Source: Moniliella sp. 'wahieum' | Taxonomy: Eukaryota | Reading direction: 5' to 3' | Assembly (NCBI GenBank): GCA_003971905.1 | Contig: RSEE01000004.1 | Coordinates: 1,302,001-1,332,068, forward strand | Length of the DNA stretch: 30,068 nt | Shown here: positions 23,048-30,068 of the stretch, piece by piece | Layout: every line of letters begins with the position of its first letter | How positions within the stretch are numbered: position 1 is the stretch's first letter | The notes under the pieces: generated by a model | What the model was told of the DNA's origin: nothing | Databases searched by the model: none | Seen by the model: only the letters and a program-made list of their open reading frames with translations | Position numbers and translations under genes: made by a program

Positions 23048-26000
23048 ATGAACGCCGCTCCCGCTGGGCTGGCTTTGGCCCGGACCCGCCTCGCCCCTCC
23101 ACACCCACCGCACGCTCCGCGAGATGCGCGCCAGCGTCAGCAGCGGCCTCAGCTTCTCTGCCCTCCGCCGCACCCACTCGCCCTCCGCCGACCCTCCCGC
23201 GCCCCCGCCCCCCCGGCCCCGGCCCCGCCCCGGCGCCCGCCCGCCAGCGCACCCGCCGCCGCAGCACCCGCAGTCTCCAGCGCATCGCCGCCGAGCACCA
23301 CGCTGCGCTCGACGCCTTCCTCAGGCGCCACAACCTCCATGCCTCCCTCGCCCCCTACCCGCCCTCCCACCTGCCCCCGCCCTCGGCCCCGCCCAACGAC
23401 CGCCGCGCTGCCCGCGGCAAGCTCCTCCGCCTCTCCCCCAACCAGTTTGGCGAGCTCAGCACCGATGTCTACGACGAGCTTCTCCGCCGCGACGCCCTCG
23501 CTCGCGCGCGCACCACTCCTACCGCCCCCCCCGCCCCCCCCGCCCTGCCGCCCGTGCCCACCTACCATCCCAAACGCAACGCCACGCGCACCAAACTCTC
23601 TGCTCTGCCCAACGGCCGCTTCAAGGACCTTGCCGCCGACGTCTACCTCGAGATTGAGCGCCGCAACCCTCATCTTGCCCCGCCCACCCCCGTCCCACCC
23701 TCGGCCCCCACCCCCACCCCCGGCCCCGCTCCGCCTTCGCTCCCTCCCCTACTCCCCAACTACGCCTGCCTCGGCCGCCCCTAGCGTCAGCACCCAGCAC
23801 ATCCTTCCCTCCCCTTCCAAGGCCACCGTCGAGGATGCTGTGATCGAAGTGCCCTACGCCCCCGCCGAGCCGGACACAGATCCGACGCAGAGCACGACTC
23901 CCGCGGCAACGCCCACGGCCACGACGGCTCGGGCCTAGAAGAACAGATGCTTGAACCGCATTCTGACTCTTACCCACATATCCTCGCCCAGACGTCCGAA
24001 CCCGACGCGGTTACCTCTTGGCGGTCCCTGGGCCTGTCCTCACCGGCCACCAGCCAATCCTCCTTCACCCCATCCCACCAGCCTTGGCGGCTGTCCGACG
24101 ACACTACCGTCCCTCCTTTGCCGCCCATCAACCCGGCCTATGCTCACTCGGGTCACAACAGCAGCACCTTCTCGGAACAGTTTGCCTCGGAACGCCTCGA
24201 CTCTGTCCACGAGCTACCAGATCGGCCGGATCGCTCTCGTCCCTACCCTGATCCCACCCCTGCTGCTGCTTTGGGGACTTCCTCCTCGCCTCAACCAGGG
24301 TCCCATGACGAAGCTGCCGGGCCGCGGCACTCTACCCGCTCGTCCCATGGCACCTGGCGCTTCTCGTGGGGAGAATCCTCCTCGGGCGGCGTCTTGTCGC
24401 GGGAAACGTCGGTAGAACGTCCCGTCGCCGCGTTGCCGCTTGCTTCCCGCTCGGCTCCGGGCCCGCCCGCATCCGCCAGTGCAGGCGCTGCGACCGCCAG
24501 CGCTATGGGCGCCCCGCCTTCTTCCAATCGCCCCGTTTCCTCGACAGGAAAAGTGACGATTCATCCACCACGCCCACCTCACTTACCTGGGACCCAAGCC
24601 ATCCGGCGCCCGCCCTTCCCTTACGCAGACACGCCAGACTCGGACGCCTCGCCGCTCGACCCCTCACCCCCAGCGAAGCCAAGTCGGCTTGGCCTACCCC
24701 CCCCCACTGAGGGGAATTGGCGGATTGAAATCATGGGGGTGGGACAAGCAAGGCATGCAGGCTCGCGAGAATGCAGTATCGCCTACAGATACGCGACAGC
24801 AGCCCGAAGATGCGATGGCTGCCCTGGAATTGGAGCTGGCTCAAATGGCTCCTGCGTCCTCTGAGCCGAGTGCGCCGAGCGTCGAGTCCGCCTTCGAACA
24901 CTGCCTTGGCCCTTCCGCCACAAGCGCCTGGGGGAGCAAAGAGGATCTGAGGAGAGTTGAACCTCGTTCGAACACAACTGGAATCCCTCGTCACACCGAA
25001 ACCGAGTTGCGTTCGGATCTTTCAGTTGCCCATGCTGACTTGACAAAATGCCAGCATGCGCTTAAAGAGGAGAGTCAGGTGCGCGCCCAGTTGGAATCGA
25101 ACAAGGCTGCATTGGAGACCAAGTTGGCCTTGCCCCCGCTGCCGTGGAGATTCCCCCGAGCGTGCTGGCGGCACGAGAAAAAGTAACAGCGTTGATGGCA
25201 GAGATGCAAGCCCTAGGCCTGGCCAACGACGAACTGCTGCGCGAAATGAGCGCCAAGGACGGCAACTCGACGAGGCCCAACGACAACTTCGGACGTGGCA
25301 ACGCAAATATCGTGCTTTGCGCGCTACTATCCGCCTCGCCTCGTCCCCGGGCGGAACGGAAGCGCCCTGCCCGATACGAGCAGCGACGTGGCTTACCTGT
25401 TGGCAAGTGTGGAGGAGCTGCAGCGGCCAACCATGTAGGTGCCTCTGACGAGGTTCTCCTCGCCGTTCAACAAGTCGCCAAGGCTGTGACGACTGTGTGC
25501 CGCGGCCAGACGGCGGAACGTTGCGCGGCGGTGGGGCCCGTGTTGGAGCACCTGATTTCCTCGGTGCGGGAACGGGGGGACAACCCTACGCCCACGACCC
25601 AAGGAACCTCGACAGGGCGGTGCAAGCCTTGTTGGACCAATTGGGCCAGATGCTGGGACGCCTTTGACTTTGGATGGCGATCCCGATCCCGAGCACCCCT
25701 TGGCCTCCACTTCGTCCGCTTCCACTTCCACCTCGGCCGGTGACACGGCCTTCTTCTCCCGCCCGCCAATACGAAAGCTCACTCCCACCAAAGATCCCCC
25801 TCGGCCCCGCCTTCGCCCGATACCACTGTGCCTACTACCTCCAATCCCGTCTCGCCCTCGTGGGCCGAGCAGGACCGATCGCTGCCCAAACGGGACGAGG
25901 CGCGTTCGCCTCCGCTCGAGCCAAGGTTGCCACCACCCCGCCGGCTCCGCGGGACGGGGACGACGAGCTGGATGAGACGAGTGCGGAGCCAGCAGGAGCA

Positions 26001-26514
26001 CGAACGAGCACGGCGACGTCCGGGGCGGGCCGCATGTCGGTCTGGTCGCAAGGCACCTTGCCCGTGCACCAACGTCCCAAGGCGGAAACGTTCGAGTTGC
26101 GACGGTACATTGAGGTGCAAACCCGTGCCATTTTTGGTAGTGTGTCCGAGTTGCTCGGCCTGCTGCGCAGTGCAGGACCAACGGGACCAACGGGTGAGGC
26201 GCTGACCAGTTCCTTGGGACAGATCGTCACGTTTGCCATGGCCATCCAGGCCATTCGGTGGACCATCTGCCTCGGCTACGCGGTCGGGAGAAGGGCACCG
26301 ATCCGGAAGCGGAGCGGGTGCTGAGCGCCTTGGCAGGACCATGTGACGTCCTGGTCGCTGTCCAGGAGCGTACGCGCGCCGGAGGCGAGTGAGCGCCGGC
26401 GATAAGGCCAGCTTGGCACGCGCGTGCTACGCGCTGGCCAAAGCGCTCAAAGCACTCGAATCGCTACTTGGTCCGGATCGGCCCAAGCCTCCCCCCCCCA
26501 GTGACTTGGCGTGA
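23048..26514 (+). CDS. SPA2: Polarisome scaffold Spa2 (GIT/Spa2 homology domain); multiple apparent indels
   Basis: Two SHD-I repeats, ARGKLLRLSPNQFGELSTDVYDELLRR and KRNATRTKLSALPNGRFKDLAADVYLEIERRNP. These are followed by a central coiled coil (about 24990-25300) and a C-terminal helical domain ELRRYIEVQTRAIFGSVSELL...ACYALAKALKAL, ending at TGA 26514. Confidence 0.88.
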
Positions 26515-26797
26515 ACGTCAAGCGCTCTGGAACGCCTGGCTCGGAACACTGGCTGAGAAGATGGCAGCGGTGGCTACGACGCAGGGACTGCTGGTCAGTC
26601 CATGCCGTGCTGACCCCTTCTTTCCCCTGCCTGCCCCCTCCTTCCCTCTTATTCCCCTTGTCTACCCTATTCTCCTTGCACTCCTTGCAATCCCTTTCCC
26701 CCCTTGGCTCCCTTTACCCTTCTTGCCAGCCCCCGCGTAGCGCTAACGAACGCTGCGGATCCCTCGATCCGAGCCCTGTCGCTCATTTGAATAGTAA

Positions 26798-28402
26798 TTA
26801 ATGGATTGACCGAAAGGTCACGTCGATGAACCCGCACCGAGGCGAGAGAGAAGGAGGAGACGCGGTGATGCCTACCCGTTTACCGACCAGGACCGTGGCG
26901 GTAGAGCTCCGCAGCCTGTTGCAGCCGAACCACCAACTCGCCAACCAGTGGAGGCAGGGTGGACTGGAGTTGCACCCCGGGCCGAGCCCAGTACTGTTCC
27001 ACCCCTGTGCCTGTCGCGAGGGACGAAGGAGCAGGCGTTGGTCCAGCAGCGTCCACGCTTCGGGCAAGTGAGCCAGCGCACTCGTTGCGATTGCCTGTTC
27101 TTCCCGCGTCGGCGGTTGGCGCGACAAGACGATGGCCCGGGTGACGGGCTGGCCTCGAGCACGAATCGTTGTCCTTCGTATTTGGACCCCGGCCAAGGTC
27201 AGTTTGCCTGGGCCGGGTCGGAGGGCTGGGTCGGGTCGGGGTCGGGGTCGGGGTCCAACAAGGTACATGCCGCGTCCCAGGAGCGCGAAGAGCCGCGCGC
27301 TTCGGGGCTGCCGCTGGGGAACGGTGACACGGCATCGAGCAGGAGAGCGAGTGCGTGGGCGCGGACCGGCGCCGGTGCTGACGCCGGGTACGGTCCAACC
27401 AGCAGACTCGAACGTGGATGCGCCGGCAGCCCCCAACGCGTCGTGTCTGGCATCCAGACCGGGGCAGGCAGGCGGATTTGCATGGCCATCGCTACCGCTT
27501 CCGCCTCCAAGTCCAGTTGGTTGCGTTGGGTGGCGAGCTGCGTGACGAGGCGGGCCAAACCCCGGGGGCTCCGGTCCTCCAGCGCGAACGCCGAGCCAAG
27601 ATCCTGGAAAAGGGACGTGTACTTGCACCGCATTGCTTCACTCACCTTGTCCGCCTTTGGGTCGGCCAGAAACGCACGAATCTCGTTGCGCACGCCGACG
27701 GTGGGATCGGTTGCTTTCGTCCTCGAACCACCGCTCCCGCGCGCCAGACACACGTTGCGCAACGTCGTCTTGTTCACCTGCAAAAAACGACGAACGAGCA
27801 ACTGCTCTTCCATCCCGGGCGCTTGGTCCGCAACGAGCATGCGATGCGCCACCCCATGCGCCCGCACCGCGTCGCCACCCACCGCCGCCGCCGCTTGCTC
27901 CGCCTGCTGCGCCAACGGCCAGGGGGGCAGACCAAACCGAGCTGGCGCAAGGCGGGTACGGTACGCATGCCAGCCAGCCCGTCCGAGGCGGATCGCGAGC
28001 CGCCGGCCCAGCGCAAAGCCATTGTCTCCACTTGATCTTGGGCGTGGTGGGCGGTGAGGAGGACGTGGGCGCGGGATGTGTGCAGATGCGACGCCAGACA
28101 GCGGTACCTCCACGTGCGCAGCGCGTCCTCGCGCGCATCCACACTGGCACCACTGCTGCTCCCGGCGGGGGCGGCGGGGGGGAGACGGTAGGTGGTGTGG
28201 CGGAGGCCCAGGCGCGCGGCCAGGCTCGCCACCCGCGCGCTTCGTCCGCGCTGCTGGGGCGCAACCCGTGGTCGCACGTCACCGCCTCCACGTGCAGCCA
28301 GGGCGCGGCGCGGGCCACCTGCGCACACAGCAGCAGCAGCCCCACCGAGTCGCTCCCGCCCGACGCGGCAACGACACACCCAGACGCGAAGGAGGTGGCA
28401 TC
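26798..28402 (-). CDS. tilS: tRNA(Ile)-lysidine synthetase (PP-loop ATPase, TilS family); 5' end unresolved; multiple apparent indels
   Basis: TilS motifs appear in the expected order: VVAASGGSDSVGLLLL, VTCDHGLRPSSADEA, EDALRTWRYRCL, LLTAHHAQDQVETMALR, GLAGM, LLVRRFLQVNKTTLRNVC, WFEDESN, DPT..RNEIR. The C-terminus is IDVTFRSIH* at 26798. Confidence 0.87.
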
Positions 28403-28518
28403 CTGCGCTCGCCCACCCACAGCAGGTGGCCAAGGCCAGGCAAGAAGAAGCCAGTCAGCGAACAAGCGAGGCAAAGCAGCTGTTGGCACACAATGGCACG
28501 AAGAACTGGTTAAACATC

Positions 28519-28614
28519 GGTCGATTAGCTCAGTTGGTCAGAGCGTGGTACTAATACATCCGCCTCGGAGTGTTGGTGATGCCAAGGTCATGAGTTCAAG
28601 CCTCATATTGACCA
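28519..28614 (+). tRNA. tRNA-Ile, anticodon AAT, with a 22-nt intron (28557-28578)
   Basis: Acceptor stem GGTCGAT/ATTGACC plus discriminator A; D arm GCTC-AGTTGGTCA-GAGC; anticodon stem TGGTA/TGCCA with loop CT-AAT-A^A; T arm ATGAG-TTCAAGC-CTCAT. The intron lies after position 37, and its GTGTTGGT can pair with the anticodon region ACTAATAC. Confidence 0.97.
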
Positions 28615-28615
28615 C

Positions 28616-28621
28616 TTTTTT
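28616..28621 (+). terminator. RNA polymerase III terminator (T6)
   Basis: Six T residues begin 2 nt after the tRNA discriminator base. Confidence 0.85.
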
Positions 28622-28722
28622 ATTGTTGGCGATTGTATCCATTGAAGGATACACTGTTCTAATCTAATCGATAATCGTTGATCAAGGCGGGATCTGGCCG
28701 AAGTCGCTCGTTCCACGCTCAC

Positions 28723-28895
28723 CCTTCCGGGCACGGCGAGTGCGGGCACAGGTGCTATATAGTGACTTGGCAGGGCTGGTTCTCCAGACAGTGATACGAC
28801 CAACCAAAGTATTGAATTAGTTGGCGGCTTGTTGCAGCGCAAGGCAGGCGCGCGAGATGGGGGCCGCGTCACAAGCTCTTGTTCGGTTGATGCAT
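28723..28895 (-). other. Candidate upstream exon of tilS
   Basis: The open frame ends AGG|GTGAGC at phase 0, matching the phase-0 acceptor CAG|GAT at 28403/28402. The ATG at 28895 follows a CT-rich leader but needs one restored base to enter the frame. Confidence 0.3.
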
Positions 28896-29450
28896 GATGG
28901 AGAGAGAGGCGGGGTAGGCCGGTAGGCCCGCGGGTTGTGCGTCTGTCTGCCAATGTATTCCGACGAGAGAATGTGGAAAAGGGGGCCAGCGGGCATGGCC
29001 CCCGAGATAGGCTGATGTGGCGGCCGGCAAGGCGAGACGGTGGACGGATGAGGCGCCGAGTGGGTCGGCCCAGGCGGCTTGAGCTTGAGGCCAGAGGGAC
29101 AGGCACCGTCTCTTCTGCGCCGCGATCTGAGATCTGTCAGGGATCTTCCGCCTGGCCTGGGTGTGGCCAAACGTTACATGGCCCCCGCCACGCGCACCCA
29201 GCGCCCAGCGCCAAACCAAACGCCCACCTCAATTAGCAATTGCAGCGCCACGTGGCTGCCGGCCGGACTATATTGCGACGTGAGAATTACCCGATGGCGG
29301 CACAGCGCCAGTGTCCTCCCTCCCTCGGCCCCCCCCCGCAAGAGGCAGGTGTGGCTGTGGTCCGTGCCACCCGCGATCCACGACTGTCGACTATCGCTGG
29401 ATCGATTATCTCTGCGCAGTAGCTGGGCAGCTTCCCCAGGCCCTTGGGCC

Positions 29451-29457
29451 TATTTAA
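29451..29457 (+). promoter_or_regulatory. Candidate TATA-like element TATTTAA upstream of the aldo-keto reductase
   Basis: An AT island about 70 nt before ATG 29528, followed by a C/T/A-rich leader. Confidence 0.45.
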
Positions 29458-29527
29458 CACCTCGGCCCCGCCATGCACTCGTCTTCCACACCACCACCAC
29501 CTCTACCACACACCTCTCTTCTCCACC

Positions 29528-30068
29528 ATGGTTTCCTACCACGAGTATGTCCCACGCCTCCCTCCCTTTCTTCTGTGCCCCAGATGCTGATATGTCTTCT
29601 GCCGCTAGGCCTGTTGCTTCCTACAAGCTGTCCAACGGCAACACCATCCCCTCTCTGGGCCTCGGCACCTGGAAGAGTGCCCCCGGCCAGGTGGAGACGG
29701 CTGTGGCCCACGCCCTGACCCACGGCCAGAAGCTGATTGACGGCCTGGTGCTACGGCAACGAAAATGAAGTGGGCCAAGGCATCAAGGACTCGGGCGTGC
29801 CGCGCGACCAGATCTTTGTGACGAGCAAGTGCTACGAGATCCACCACGCCGACCCGAGGCGGCGGTGCGCAAGACGCTCAGCGACCTGGGACTGGAATAC
29901 CTTGACCTCTACCTCGTGCACTGGCCTGTTGCCTTTGAGCCGGTGCCCACCTCGGATGGTTCGCTCCCCACTGAGGAGAAGAAGACGAGCGAGGGCAAGT
30001 ACATTATCAACAAGGAGATGTCCGATGACCCTCTGCCCACGTGCGCAAGATGGAGGCGCTGGTCAGAA
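29528..30068 (+). CDS. Aldo-keto reductase (Gcy1/Ypr1-like), 5' part, runs off the window; intron 29545-29608
   Basis: The intron GTATGT..GCTGAT..TAG gives [29 protein letters not shown]. The catalytic tetrad regions are IDG(A)[19 protein letters not shown] and [17 protein letters not shown]. Three apparent deletions. Confidence 0.93.

Noticed and set aside
1067..28402. Calling the frameshifted genes pseudogenes
   Set aside because: Conserved motifs and splice sites are intact, the breaks are indels of the type long reads produce, and they affect unrelated housekeeping genes alike.
28519..28614. The tRNA as the CAU-anticodon TilS substrate, or as tRNA-Ile(TAT)
   Set aside because: Stem pairing and the intron position place AAT at positions 34-36; there is no C34.

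Overview
This is GC-rich, gene-dense eukaryotic DNA, almost certainly from a fungus and probably a basidiomycete (inferred from the short 62-86 nt GT-AG introns with CTRAY-type branch points and the Ustilago-like protein families). It contains ten protein genes and one tRNA gene, in this order: Pcl-family (Pho85/Cdk5) cyclin (+), a ~2.5 kb gene-free interval, a DH-only RhoGEF-like protein (+), mitochondrial monothiol glutaredoxin GRX5 (-), nucleoside diphosphate kinase (-), a PHD-SET Set3-like protein (+), malic enzyme (+), an unidentified long coiled-coil protein (-), the polarisome scaffold Spa2 (+), tRNA(Ile)-lysidine synthetase TilS (-), an intron-containing tRNA-Ile(AAU) gene (+) and the 5' part of an aldo-keto reductase (+). 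Every long gene is broken by several 1-2 nt deletions, often in homopolymer or dinucleotide runs. These look like unpolished long-read errors, so the CDS ends are approximate. The most striking feature is that the tRNA-Ile gene sits ~120 bp from the conserved coding region of the tRNA-Ile-modifying enzyme TilS. Phase-matched splice signals suggest it may lie antisense inside the first intron of tilS. Other leads are a synonymously varied (RDP)n array on the Set3-like protein and recurrent intergenic motifs. I saw no CRISPR array, rRNA or recognisable transposon.
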